From: a bacterium
GTDB taxonomy: Bacteria; 4484-113; JAFGCY01
DNA length: 64,000 bases
Direction: 5' to 3'
Assembly: GCA_016932385.1 (NCBI GenBank)
Contig: JAFGCY010000095.1
Location: forward strand, 59,306 to 123,305
Shown here: piece by piece, positions 36,274-45,383 of the stretch
Position numbering within the stretch: position 1 is the stretch's first letter
How the letters are laid out: every line of letters starts with the position of its first letter
Notes under the pieces: generated by a model
The model's database searches: none
Seen by the model: only the letters and a program-made list of their open reading frames with translations
What the model was told of the DNA's origin: nothing
Translations under genes and position numbers: made by a program

Positions 36274-37830
36274 TTACGGAATTATCCCACTCAGACGTGC
36301 ATCTTTCAACCAGTCCAGGTCGCTTTGGTACAGGTCTTTGATGCTGTTGACATTGTAGATCGCCATCGCCAGGCGCTCCAGGCCGCCGCCCCAGGCCAGC
36401 ACCGGCACCTTGCAGCCGAAGGGTTCGGTGACCTCGGGTCTGAACACGCCCGCGCCGGCCATCTCGAACCACTGCCCGCCCCACTTGATCTGCACCCCCA
36501 CGCTCGGTTCGGTGTAAGGGAAGAAGTCCGGCTTGAACGCCACCTCGGGAATGCCCATCCGGTGGTAGAAGGTTTCCAGCGTGCCCAGCAGCGAGGCGAA
36601 GCTGGCTTTTTCATCGATGATAATGCCGTCGACCTGCATGAATTCAGGCAAGTGCTTGTAATCGACGGTCTCGCGCCGGAACACGCGGCCGATGCTGAAG
36701 ATTTTCTGCGGGGCGTGCGGGTTGCGCGCGATGGCCTCGATGCTGGAGGCCGTCATGTGCGTGCGCAGCACCACCTGCGCCGCGCGTTCGGGCGACCACT
36801 TGTAGCGCCAGCCACGGCTGCCGGTCTCCCAGCCATCCTCGTGCGTTTGGCGCACGCGCTCGACGATCTCCTGGTCGGGCAGCGGATAGCTGGACGGCGT
36901 CTTGCAGTAGAAGGTGTCTTGCATCTCGCGCGCGGGATGGTCCTGCGGCTGGAACAGCGCATCGAAATCCCAGAACGCCATCTCCGCCATCGGGCAGCTG
37001 GCCTCGGTGAAACCGAGTTCCAGGAAGGCCAGGCGCGTTTGCTCGATTACGCGCACCAGCGGGTGCGACTTGCCGGGTACGGCTTTCTCCGCGCTCAGCG
37101 AGACGTCGTACTGGCGGAACTGCATCTTGCGCCAACTGCCGTCGCTCAGCATTTCCGGTGTCAGCTCGCTGGCCTCGATCAACTCGGTGATCGTGCCGCC
37201 GGCAACCTGGGCCGCCAGCAGTTTGCCTTCGTAGGTCAGCGAAACGTATTTACGGCTGCGGTCCCGGGCGACCAGGAGTTCCTTGCGGCCCTTTAAGCGC
37301 TTGACGCCGGAGAGGATCCGCGGGTCGGACTTGCTGTCGATGTTCATCACGCCGCCGCTGACGTGCACCGCCGTGAGTGCGGCTTCGATGTCGCAGGCCG
37401 AAGGTTCCTGGTTTTCCGCACCGTTGATCAGAGTCAGCGTGCCTTGATCGAACGTGGCCCAGTTCAGCTCGACGAGTTTCTTGGCAAACTTGCCGGGCTG
37501 GATGCCGGCGTCGACCAGCTTCTTATCGTCCATCAGGTCCTTGACCGTGGCGGAACCTTGACGGACCAGGAGTGCCCGTGCCAGCAGCCGCTCCGGTAAC
37601 TCGGCTTCACCACGGCCGATCGCCGCGCCCAGTTCGCCGAGCCGGAGTTCCGTATACGGCTGCTCCTCGATCTCGGTATAGCCTGCACTGGCCAGCTCGA
37701 CCGCCGCGGCGCTGATCAGCGCCTGGTCCACGCCGGACAGCGCCACGAGCTGTTCCACGGTCGTTTTATCCCCACCAGTACCCAGCGCTTTGATCAGCCG
37801 GTACTGGTGCGGCGGCAGTTTCTCTATCAT
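36274..37830 (-). CDS. pheS: Phenylalanyl-tRNA synthetase alpha subunit, long archaeal/eukaryotic-type form.
   Basis: Class II motif 2 is GRVFRRETVDYKHLPEFMQVDG. Motif 3 is LAWGGGLERLAMAIY. At 518 aa, with an N-terminal extension of about 200 aa, it is archaeal/eukaryal type, unlike the ~340-aa bacterial type. No pheT is adjacent. Confidence 0.85.
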   Translation of the reverse strand: MIEKLPPHQYRLIKALGTGGDKTTVEQLVALSGVDQALISAAAVELASAGYTEIEEQPYTELRLGELGAAIGRGEAELPERLLARALLVRQGSATVKDLMDDKKLVDAGIQPGKFAKKLVELNWATFDQGTLTLINGAENQEPSACDIEAALTAVHVSGGVMNIDSKSDPRILSGVKRLKGRKELLVARDRSRKYVSLTYEGKLLAAQVAGGTITELIEASELTPEMLSDGSWRKMQFRQYDVSLSAEKAVPGKSHPLVRVIEQTRLAFLELGFTEASCPMAEMAFWDFDALFQPQDHPAREMQDTFYCKTPSSYPLPDQEIVERVRQTHEDGWETGSRGWRYKWSPERAAQVVLRTHMTASSIEAIARNPHAPQKIFSIGRVFRRETVDYKHLPEFMQVDGIIIDEKASFASLLGTLETFYHRMGIPEVAFKPDFFPYTEPSVGVQIKWGGQWFEMAGAGVFRPEVTEPFGCKVPVLAWGGGLERLAMAIYNVNSIKDLYQSDLDWLKDARLSGIIP

Positions 37831-37866
37831 GCTGGAATTATACAGTGCCGAGTTGCTGGTCAGCCG

Positions 37867-38790
37867 CTATCCCCGCGCTTCAGGCTTGCCCTCGGTCCGG
37901 TTGTCGTAGAACCGCGTCGTGGGATAGGCGAAGTCGATGTCGGGACAGGCACCGAAGGCATCCAGGATGGCCTCCCAGATCGCCTGCTCGTTGCCGCGCC
38001 GCTGGCGGGCCTTGGTCAGAAACCGCATCGTCAGCAGTACGCCGCAGTCGCGCACCGTGGTGTAGACAATCGGCGTCAGCTTGCCGGCGATGATCATGTA
38101 ACGCTGCGCGGTCTTGCGCAACTGGCGCTCGGCTTCGGGAGTGAAGGCCTCGCAGTGCGTACGGGCGATGTTCTCCAGCAACTCCTTGGCCTTGCGCCAG
38201 TTGCTTTCGAATGTGACCAGCACGGGTACCTCGTCCCAGATGTACTCGAAGCCCGTCGTGAAGTTGGCGATTTCCTCGCGCAGCACCTTGCTGTTCGGGA
38301 TATGGACGATGCGGCCGGTGGACTGGTCGGCGTCCACCCAGTTCTTGATTTCCACGATCGTGAACTGGAAGGCGCGGATGTCCACCACATCGCCGGCGAA
38401 ATGGTCGATCTCGATCCGGTCGCCAAGGATGAACGGCTTACGGGTGAGAATGAAGATAAAGCCGGCCAGGTTGCTGACAGTGTCCTGCAGAGCAATCACC
38501 AGGCCGGCGCTGACAATGCTGATATAGGTTGCCAACTGCCGCGCGCCGCTGATCCAGATCAGCAGCAGCGCAATGATCACGGTCGCGCTCATTGTGTAGC
38601 GCAGGATCACTAGGCTGCGATAGGCCAAGGTCGGATCCTTGGCGCGCCGCCGAACGATGGTCAGGATAATCCAGGTGGCGATCGGGGCGATGATCAGGAT
38701 CGCCAGCGTGGCGATCAGCTTTTCCACCGTGACGGTTTCCAGGCCGGTGACTTGGGCGATAGACTCAAGCAGTTCCGCAAACGAACCCAT
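37867..38790 (-). CDS. mscS: Small-conductance mechanosensitive channel (MscS family).
   Basis: N-terminal TM helices (TLAILIIAPIATWIILTIV...), then the MscS beta-domain block GDRIEIDHFAGDVVDIRAFQFTIVEIKNWV. Confidence 0.8.
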   Translation of the reverse strand: MGSFAELLESIAQVTGLETVTVEKLIATLAILIIAPIATWIILTIVRRRAKDPTLAYRSLVILRYTMSATVIIALLLIWISGARQLATYISIVSAGLVIALQDTVSNLAGFIFILTRKPFILGDRIEIDHFAGDVVDIRAFQFTIVEIKNWVDADQSTGRIVHIPNSKVLREEIANFTTGFEYIWDEVPVLVTFESNWRKAKELLENIARTHCEAFTPEAERQLRKTAQRYMIIAGKLTPIVYTTVRDCGVLLTMRFLTKARQRRGNEQAIWEAILDAFGACPDIDFAYPTTRFYDNRTEGKPEARG

Positions 38791-38860
38791 GCGCTAATCG
38801 TAGCCTAATACCGGCCCAGGCGTGAAGCCGCCTCTGACCCGGCAGCCAGCGTGCCAGGAA

Positions 38861-39739
38861 TCACTTCTTCAGCGTCAGCTCGATGAATACGTCGCTGAGC
38901 ATCCCGGCCTCGATGATCTGCTGGACCACCTGTTCGTCCATTTTCTGGCCCTTGGCCACGATCAGGTTGCCGCTCTCAGTCTGGATGTCCCGGTGGGCTT
39001 TGCGGTTGAGCAGGTAGTCGCGCTTCTTCTCATCGAACTTCGACAGGTCGGTTTTCGGCGCGGCGTCCTCGAACAGCGCATCGTTGGCCGTCGGGTCGCT
39101 ATCGTCCTCCGGGTCGGTCTCAGGCCCCACCGTCGGCGGCGGCACCGATTCCGGTGCCGCGGAGAGCTTGGTTTCTACAGCTTCGGTCGGCTTGTATTCC
39201 GCGGGCCGGTCCACGACCACCGGTGGTTTGGGTGGCGCGACCGGATGGTCACCGTCCGTGTCGAGCTGGCCGCGGTCGATGACGATGTAGTCGCGTCCGA
39301 TCGTGCGGATCGACAGCACCGGAACCTTGCTGCGCTTGTCGCTGTCGCCCAGCACGACCAGGTCGATGATCCGCCCGTCCTCCAGGCTGAAGGAAAAGTC
39401 GGTCAGGATCCCCAGCAACTCACCGTCATGTTGCAGGACCTGCTTACGCAGCAGCCGGTCGCCCGTCAGGGAGAAAGTATCGGTGCCGTCCGGAGCGAAA
39501 TCGGCCAACGCGGCGCTGTCTTCGATACAGATCCGGTCGATATGGACACTGGCAATCGCCGCCGGCGCGATCCCGCGCCCACCCTCGTACCAGGCAGTCG
39601 GCAGGACGCCGATCAATTCGACCATTCCATTGCGCGTCAGGATGAAATCGATGATCCGCCCCGTGACCTGTCCCGCGGTCAGATCCAGTACTTCGCGGTT
39701 CAGCAATTCCTGCGCCAAGATTTTATCGGGTTTGGGCAT
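38861..39739 (-). CDS. Tandem PRC-barrel domain protein.
   Basis: RBS gagaggaag precedes the Met at 39739. Two segments, REVLDLTAGQVTGRIIDFILTRNGMVELIGV and LGILTDFSFSLEDGRIIDLVVLG, are PRC-barrel-like. The track ORF extends to 39874. Confidence 0.5.
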   Translation of the reverse strand: MPKPDKILAQELLNREVLDLTAGQVTGRIIDFILTRNGMVELIGVLPTAWYEGGRGIAPAAIASVHIDRICIEDSAALADFAPDGTDTFSLTGDRLLRKQVLQHDGELLGILTDFSFSLEDGRIIDLVVLGDSDKRSKVPVLSIRTIGRDYIVIDRGQLDTDGDHPVAPPKPPVVVDRPAEYKPTEAVETKLSAAPESVPPPTVGPETDPEDDSDPTANDALFEDAAPKTDLSKFDEKKRDYLLNRKAHRDIQTESGNLIVAKGQKMDEQVVQQIIEAGMLSDVFIELTLKK

Positions 39740-39989
39740 GTCTTCCTCTCGCTCCAGTAAATTCGCGTGAATCATTATACGTGCTTGAATTCCGATTTGA
39801 CTAATCGCCGGCGGGTGACCGCCGGAACAGCTCACGGGCCGGCGACACGAGATCGAGAATCTGCACCATTTCATCGCCAGCGGTACATAGATGTGATAAG
39901 ATAATTGTTCCCCACCAGGCGTGAGTTCAGGGGCACCGTCTGGATTCAGGGTTTGCCCCTGTGACGAGCTAAAGGAGCATTAACGATCG

Positions 39990-40076
39990 ATGAAAGGACG
40001 CAAGGCAAAGCGCGCGAAGATTCGCAAGCACAAGTATAAGAAGATGCGCCGCCGCATGAGGCACAAGCGCAAGTAG
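39990..40076 (+). CDS. 28-aa ultra-basic mini-protein (MKGRKAKRAKIRKHKYKKMRRRMRHKRK); possible bS22-like ribosomal protein.
   Basis: aaaggag lies 12 nt upstream of the ATG. The sequence is 75% Lys/Arg/His. A strong intrinsic terminator follows 60 nt downstream. It resembles the short Arg/Lys-rich bS22 (AURKAIP1/COX24-like) proteins of Actinobacteria and Bacteroidetes. It is too short for the 60-aa ORF track. Confidence 0.4.
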   Translation: MKGRKAKRAKIRKHKYKKMRRRMRHKRK

Positions 40077-40140
40077 TCCGGAACCGTCGGCCGGCCAGAT
40101 GGCAGGCTGAGGTTCCGGATGCGCGACGGCAGACAATCGA

Positions 40141-40187
40141 CCCGCGTACACCCTTCAGAGTGAAGGTGTGACGCGGGTTTTGCTTGC
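40141..40187 (+). terminator. Rho-independent terminator downstream of the mini-protein gene.
   Basis: cccgcgtacacccttca-gag-tgaaggtgtgacgcggg followed by ttttgcttgc. Confidence 0.5.
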
Positions 40188-40230
40188 ATGGCGGTCGAAG
40201 GCGTCGACTGAGCAGCGGATTCAGGTCCGG

Positions 40231-40515
40231 TTAGACGACGATGTCAACATGCGGTGCGTCATCGTCATTCTCGGGCCGGGGCAGGTCATCACGCTCGCGA
40301 CGCGGTCGGCCCTGCCGCGGATCGTCATCGCGGATAGTCCGGCCGCGTGCTTCCTCGCGTTCCGTGACTGTGGTTTGGTAGATATCCTTGGCTTTCTCGG
40401 TATCGCGTTCCTGCCTGAGCTGGGCGATTGCGGCCTCCCGCTGGGCAGTCTGCAGCATCTCCAGCGCCGTTTGCACCTGGGACAAGCTGAGAATGCCTTC
40501 GATCGGCCGAACCAT
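40231..40515 (-). CDS. Hypothetical protein translationally coupled to the 3' end of fliA.
   Basis: Its ATG overlaps the fliA stop. The protein is charged, with a Pro/Arg/Asp-rich C-terminus. It has no similarity to FlgM that I can recognise. Confidence 0.35.
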   Translation of the reverse strand: MVRPIEGILSLSQVQTALEMLQTAQREAAIAQLRQERDTEKAKDIYQTTVTEREEARGRTIRDDDPRQGRPRRERDDLPRPENDDDAPHVDIVV

Positions 40516-41246
40516 CAGACTTCTCCTTGCCAGTCGCGGAGCAGGCCGCGCAGCCGGACCACCGCGCCGGAGTGGATCTGGCAGATCCGCGATTCGCTGA
40601 GATCGAGTACGTCGCCGATTTCCTTCAGCGACAGCTGGCGGCGGTAATAAAGGTCGAGCACGAGCCGTTCACGGTCCGGCAGCTGGTCGATGTTCTGGGC
40701 CAGGCAGCGGACGAAGTCGCGGCGCCGGGCTTCGTCTTCCGGTTCGTCGCGCATCCCGCGCAACTGAAATTCGCCTTCGCCTTCCTCCAGGTCGCGGAAA
40801 GATAGCACATTGAGCACGCTGATATCGGAAAGCGTCTGGCGGAATTCGGTCAGCTTCAGGCCCATGCGCTGGGCGACCTGCTCATCGCTGGGGGGCAGGC
40901 CCAGGTCCTGCTCCAGTTCCATTTCCACCTGGCCGATCTCGCGTGCCCGTTGGCGCAGGCTGCGCGGCGCCCAGTCCAGCTTGCGCAGGTAATCAACAAT
41001 CGCACCGCGGATCCTGATTGAAGCGTAGGTTTCAAACTTGACCTGTTTGTTGGGGTCGTAGCGGTTGATTGCATCGATCAGGCCGATGCAGGCTTCACTG
41101 ACCAGGTCATCGCGGTCCACACTGGCCGGCAGGTCCACCAGCAGGCGCTGCACCTGGTAATCGACCAGGTGGCGATAGGCGATCACGAGCTGCTCCAGCA
41201 CCGGCTCACGTTGTCCCATGCCATACTGTTGCCACGGTGTCGCCAA
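40515..41246 (-). CDS. fliA: Flagellar sigma factor sigma-28 (SigD/FliA).
   Basis: Region 2 is LVIAYRHLVDYQVQRLL...IGLIDAINRYDP. Region 4 is LYYRRQLSLKEIGDVLDLSESRICQIHSGAVVRLR. Confidence 0.9.
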   Translation of the reverse strand: MATPWQQYGMGQREPVLEQLVIAYRHLVDYQVQRLLVDLPASVDRDDLVSEACIGLIDAINRYDPNKQVKFETYASIRIRGAIVDYLRKLDWAPRSLRQRAREIGQVEMELEQDLGLPPSDEQVAQRMGLKLTEFRQTLSDISVLNVLSFRDLEEGEGEFQLRGMRDEPEDEARRRDFVRCLAQNIDQLPDRERLVLDLYYRRQLSLKEIGDVLDLSESRICQIHSGAVVRLRGLLRDWQGEV

Positions 41247-41265
41247 GTTCTATCTGCTCCTTAGC

Positions 41266-41613
41266 CTAGCTTCCCTGCTCAGGCTCAACCGTATCGACGT
41301 CACTCGAGGGCGTTTCCTCAACCAGGCCCTGTTCCTCCAGCATCAGACGCTGCTGGTTCAGTAAATCCTCGTGCATCACTTGCACCCGTATGGCGACAAC
41401 CTTGAACCAGACGTACGCCAACAGGTCTCCGGCGATATAAAACAGGATGGCCGCCAACCAGGGATAGAAGTGCAGTCCCGGGCGGCTGAGTTGTCCTTCG
41501 TAAAGCAACAATCCGTAGGTGGCGGCCAGGACCATGATGGCCAGCACCGCGCCGGTTAGGAAGCGGCTGCGCCGTTCCAGCCAGGCCAGTTGTTGTTTTA
41601 CTCGCGAGTCCAC
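41266..41613 (-). CDS. Small two-TM membrane protein, hypothetical, lying between cheD and fliA.
   Basis: The hydrophobic helices are FLTGAVLAIMVLAATYGLLL and WLAAILFYIAGDLLAYVWF. Confidence 0.4.
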   Translation of the reverse strand: MDSRVKQQLAWLERRSRFLTGAVLAIMVLAATYGLLLYEGQLSRPGLHFYPWLAAILFYIAGDLLAYVWFKVVAIRVQVMHEDLLNQQRLMLEEQGLVEETPSSDVDTVEPEQGS

Positions 41614-41662
41614 TTCTTCCCTGAATTATAACCGAGCCCTGAACAGAATTATTGCGATTCGG

Positions 41663-42151
41663 TTAAAGCTCAACTTCGCCACGGCCAACAACCTTCACCG
41701 TGAATCTCAGCGTATCAAGGTCGACTTCAAATGTGCGACCGTGCGTCCCGCCGCAATCTTCGCGGTCAATTCGCAGGTTCAATTCTTTCAGGTGTTCTCG
41801 GACGGCTTCGGCATTACGCGTTCCGACGGCCAGCTTGGGGGCGTTTTGGCCCGCAAACGAGAACATTTCCGCGCCGCCGGCAAGTTTGACGATCAACCTT
41901 GATCTGATGGCGCCGGCTCGCATCACTTCTTCCAGCAACAGCGGCACGCCGGTATCGGCGAACTTGGCAGGGGTGGGTTTCTTGTCCCGGCTGACCGAGG
42001 AATGTGGCAGCATGACGTGGACCATTCCACCGACGTGGGTGACTTTGTCGACCAGCACCAGGCCGATGCATGAGCCGAGGCCGAGGGCCTGCAGCCGGTC
42101 ACCGGGCTTGCCGATCTTGAGCTCCGCCATTCCCACTCGGAGTAAAGCCAC
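41663..42151 (-). CDS. cheD: Chemoreceptor glutamine deamidase CheD.
   Basis: LGLGSCIGLVLVDKVTHVGGMVHVMLP is the conserved CheD Cys-His core. Confidence 0.85.
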   Translation of the reverse strand: MALLRVGMAELKIGKPGDRLQALGLGSCIGLVLVDKVTHVGGMVHVMLPHSSVSRDKKPTPAKFADTGVPLLLEEVMRAGAIRSRLIVKLAGGAEMFSFAGQNAPKLAVGTRNAEAVREHLKELNLRIDREDCGGTHGRTFEVDLDTLRFTVKVVGRGEVEL

Positions 42152-42157
42152 GCGCGC

Positions 42158-42793
42158 TTAACCCCCAACACCCAGTGAGGATAGGATCGTCTGCAGCGCA
42201 CCCGGCTCGGGCACGAAAACGCACAAGCCGTTGATGGTCTCGCTGCCGATGTGAAACTCAGTCTGCACGATCACCAGCTGTTCGGTGATTTCGTACATAC
42301 TGGCGACGATGTAGGTCAGGATACTGCCGGCGAAATCGACGGCCACCGCGGGGACGGTCGGCAAGAGATTCAACCGCGTCAGATCAGACAGGCTTCGTAA
42401 AAAGCTGGAAGACAGGATATTGCCGATTTCTTGGATCGCTGACCGCGCCATCTCGTCTTCCATCACATCCAAGGGTGTTCCGGGCGCGATCAATTCGATC
42501 AAGCGGTGCGCGTCATCGGTCTGGTACGCGAGTACCAAATGGCCACGGGCCTCACCAACCACTTGCACATAGCTGGCCGCCACGGGGACTTCCTCGCCCC
42601 CCATCATTAAGGCGATATCCGCAACGTCCACGATATCAGCGCGGGGGACCGTAATGTTCACCGCGCTACTGACCATCTGGGACAGCGCCGTGGCGGCGTT
42701 TCCCATGCCGATGTTACTAATCTCGCGGATCGTATCGATCTGCAATTCCGTGAGTTTGTCCACCGACTCACCCATTGGATCCCTCCCGCACAA
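42158..42793 (-). CDS. cheC: CheC-family CheY-P phosphatase.
   Basis: LTELQIDTIREISNIGMGNAATALSQMV is the CheC/FliY signature (E-I-x-N-I-G-x-G-x-A-A-T-A-L). A second pseudo-repeat is IQEIGNILSSSF. Confidence 0.8.
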   Translation of the reverse strand: MCGRDPMGESVDKLTELQIDTIREISNIGMGNAATALSQMVSSAVNITVPRADIVDVADIALMMGGEEVPVAASYVQVVGEARGHLVLAYQTDDAHRLIELIAPGTPLDVMEDEMARSAIQEIGNILSSSFLRSLSDLTRLNLLPTVPAVAVDFAGSILTYIVASMYEITEQLVIVQTEFHIGSETINGLCVFVPEPGALQTILSSLGVGG

Positions 42794-42813
42794 AGTTTCG
42801 CGAAAACTGCATA

Positions 42814-43323
42814 CTAACTAGTCCTGGCCTTGCCGTCCTCCGCCAACAGCGGCGGCAGTCTGAGCAAAGAAATCAGCCGATTGCCCAGGCTTACGGTGCC
42901 CTCAATGAATTTGCTGCTATGTTGGTTGCCAATGCGGCTGGCCGTGTGGTTGATGTCCTCGACGGCCAGCTTGACGACATCCGTAACGCGCGTAACCAAC
43001 AGGCCGGCTTCGTTGCCTTCCGACTCGACGACCATGATTGTCAGATGCTTGACTTCCTCGGCCTCCGGTTCGGTCAGGTTGAGCCGGCGGAACATGCTGA
43101 AGATCGGGATGATTTTGCCGCGCAGGTTGATGACACCGTCAATGTACTTGTTGGAGTTAGGGACTCTGGTTGTGCTGCGGTTGCGGATGATTTCCCGCAC
43201 CGTACTGGCCATCAGTCCGTATTCCTGGCCGCACAGCTCGAAGACCACGAGCAGGTCAAAGGTGTTGTGTTGCGCATCTTCGACATGAACCAATGCTTGC
43301 TCTTGTGCTTTTGCCAGATCCAT
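42814..43323 (-). CDS. cheW: Chemotaxis coupling protein CheW.
   Basis: FELCGQEYGLMASTVREIIR...IDGVINLRGKIIPIF is the CheW domain. Confidence 0.85.
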   Translation of the reverse strand: MDLAKAQEQALVHVEDAQHNTFDLLVVFELCGQEYGLMASTVREIIRNRSTTRVPNSNKYIDGVINLRGKIIPIFSMFRRLNLTEPEAEEVKHLTIMVVESEGNEAGLLVTRVTDVVKLAVEDINHTASRIGNQHSSKFIEGTVSLGNRLISLLRLPPLLAEDGKARTS

Positions 43324-43340
43324 TTAAACCTCCGGGCTGC

Positions 43341-44414
43341 TTACGAGTAATCTCGGTTCAGGCGTTCCAGAATGGCGGTTGCCATTTTATCCAACGGCAC
43401 TGTTTGATCGTGTAGGTTGTTTTCTACCACGCTCTTAGGCATACCATATATCAACGCCGTTTCTTTACTTTCAACTAGGATTTTACAGCCACGATTGCGC
43501 AGGGCCCGGCATCCGGCCGTGCCGTCGCGGCCCATTCCGGTCAGCACGACCCCCATCGCACGGTTGCCGAAGACGGAAGCGATAGTCTGGAACGTCACGT
43601 CCGCACAGGGCCGCAGGCCGCCGATCGGCGGATCCTTGGTCAGCCGGATGCACTCGTCACGCGTGACTTCGGTATGCACGCCACCAGGGGCAATCAGGCA
43701 CAGACCGGCTTTTAGCTTGTCGCCGTCCTCGGCTTCCTTGACCCGGAATTCGCTGCTGCGGTCCAGCCGGTCGGCCAGCAGCTTCGTGAAGGTGGCCGGC
43801 ATGTGCTGAACGATCAGCATGGCGGCCGGCATATCCTTGGGAATCTGCGGGATCAGGCTGGCCAGGGCCTTGGGGCCGCCGGTTGAGCTAGCCACGGCGA
43901 CCAGCAGCAGGCTGCCTTTGTATGTGGTGAATCTTTCCGGGATAGCCAGGACTGCCGGGTGCAGATCCTTGGTCGGTGGCCGATGGACGATGCCCGGGCG
44001 GGGCATCGCGCACTGGGTGGCGCTTTCCAGAATTAGCAGCAGCTGGTTGCCAACCTGGTCGAATTCCAGGGATATCGCTCCGCCGGGCTTGGCGATGAAA
44101 TCAACCGCACCGTACTCCAGGGCCTGCAGCGTTTCCCGGGCCCCGTCGGTCGTCAGGCTGGAGACCATCACCACCCGGCGCGGGTGCTTTTCCATGATGT
44201 TGCGCAGGCAGGTCAGGCCGTCCATCCCCGGCATCTGGATGTCGAGTGTCACCAACTGGATTTCGCGCTTGTGCTGTTCCAGTGTTTTTAAGGCATCATT
44301 TCCGTCACGGGCGGTTGCGACGACATAAAATTTCTCCGAATCATTGATTATTTGGGAGATTATTTTTCGCATGAACGCGCTGTCATCAACAACCAACACG
44401 CCCGTCTTTTCTGC
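43341..44414 (-). CDS. cheB: Chemotaxis response regulator protein-glutamate methylesterase.
   Basis: REC domain VLVVDDSAFMRKIISQII...LDIQMPGMDG. Methylesterase domain IASSTGGPKAL...GMGRDGTAGCRALRNRGCKILVESKETALIYGMP. Confidence 0.9.
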   Translation of the reverse strand, partial: AEKTGVLVVDDSAFMRKIISQIINDSEKFYVVATARDGNDALKTLEQHKREIQLVTLDIQMPGMDGLTCLRNIMEKHPRRVVMVSSLTTDGARETLQALEYGAVDFIAKPGGAISLEFDQVGNQLLLILESATQCAMPRPGIVHRPPTKDLHPAVLAIPERFTTYKGSLLLVAVASSTGGPKALASLIPQIPKDMPAAMLIVQHMPATFTKLLADRLDRSSEFRVKEAEDGDKLKAGLCLIAPGGVHTEVTRDECIRLTKDPPIGGLRPCADVTFQTIASVFGNRAMGVVLTGMGRDGTAGCRALRNRGCKILVESKETALIYGMPKSVVENNLHDQTVPLDKMATAILERLNRDYS

Positions 44415-44507
44415 CATAAATTCCGTCCTCACGCTTGGTTGGCGGCGGCTCGATGTTTCCCGGCATACGGAAACAGCCCCTGGCTCCGGTGGGTCGAAGC
44501 TTTCAAA

Positions 44508-45383
44508 TTATCGCATAGAATTAAGTAGTCGGGCAAAGAAGCCTTCTCCGCGCCGCGGAACATCCATGCCGATTGTCTCCATAAACACAGTGGCGATGCG
44601 CCGTAGTTCACGTGAGATCGTGGATTGCGGCCGCGCCAGGAAGAACGGCGTGTGGGCCTTAACGCAGCTGCTGACATCCTCGTCACGGGGCAGGCTGCCC
44701 AGCCAATTCAGGTTCAGCCCCAGATAGCTGTGTGCGACCGTAGACAGCGACTTGAAGAACTTAGCGTCGTCGCCGCGCCGTTCAACCATATTCACGATCA
44801 GATGGAGCCCGCTCTGCAAGTTGCCCTGTTTGAGCGCTTTCATCAGGCCGTAAGCATCGACCATGGAGGTCGGTTCGGGCGTCGAGACGATGATGACATC
44901 GTCCGCCGCCAGGGCGAACCGCGTCACCAGCTGTCCGATACCGGCTGCCGTATCGATGACCAGTACATCGTGATCCCGCTCCAACGAGCGCAGCAATCCC
45001 AGCAGGCGCACGATATCCAATGCGTTCAAATTGGCTAGCTCCGGCAGACCCACGCCGCCGGGCAGAACGCTTAAGCCAAATGGCCCGTTAAGGATGATTT
45101 CCGGCAGTGTCACTTGTTGATTGAACACGTGCTGCAGCGTGTACTGCGGATTGAGTCCCAGCACTAGATCGACGTTGGCCAGGCCTAGGTCGCCGTCCAG
45201 GAGCAGCACTTTAGCCCCGCAATCACCCAGGGCCAGGCTGAGATTGACCGCCACGTTGGTCTTGCCAACGCCGCCCTTACCGCCCGTGACCGCCAGCACG
45301 CGGCACATCTGCTTGCCGTTGACGGCGCGGCGCGCCTGGTGCTGTTGAGCCGCGGACCGCAGGTTGTCGGCCTGGTCGTTCAT
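44508..45383 (-). CDS. flhG: MinD/ParA-type flagellar number regulator ATPase (FlhG/YlxH).
   Basis: The deviant Walker A is VLAVTGGKGGVGKTNVAVNLSLAL. The gene is positioned between flhF and cheB. Confidence 0.85.
   Translation of the reverse strand: MNDQADNLRSAAQQHQARRAVNGKQMCRVLAVTGGKGGVGKTNVAVNLSLALGDCGAKVLLLDGDLGLANVDLVLGLNPQYTLQHVFNQQVTLPEIILNGPFGLSVLPGGVGLPELANLNALDIVRLLGLLRSLERDHDVLVIDTAAGIGQLVTRFALAADDVIIVSTPEPTSMVDAYGLMKALKQGNLQSGLHLIVNMVERRGDDAKFFKSLSTVAHSYLGLNLNWLGSLPRDEDVSSCVKAHTPFFLARPQSTISRELRRIATVFMETIGMDVPRRGEGFFARLLNSMR

Noticed and set aside
36325-37296. 323-aa + strand ORF inside pheS, and several 60-160 aa ORFs such as 36644..37135 (-) and 36753..36962 (-).
   Set aside because: They are out of frame with or antisense to pheS, whose class II motifs 2 and 3 are intact in the annotated frame.
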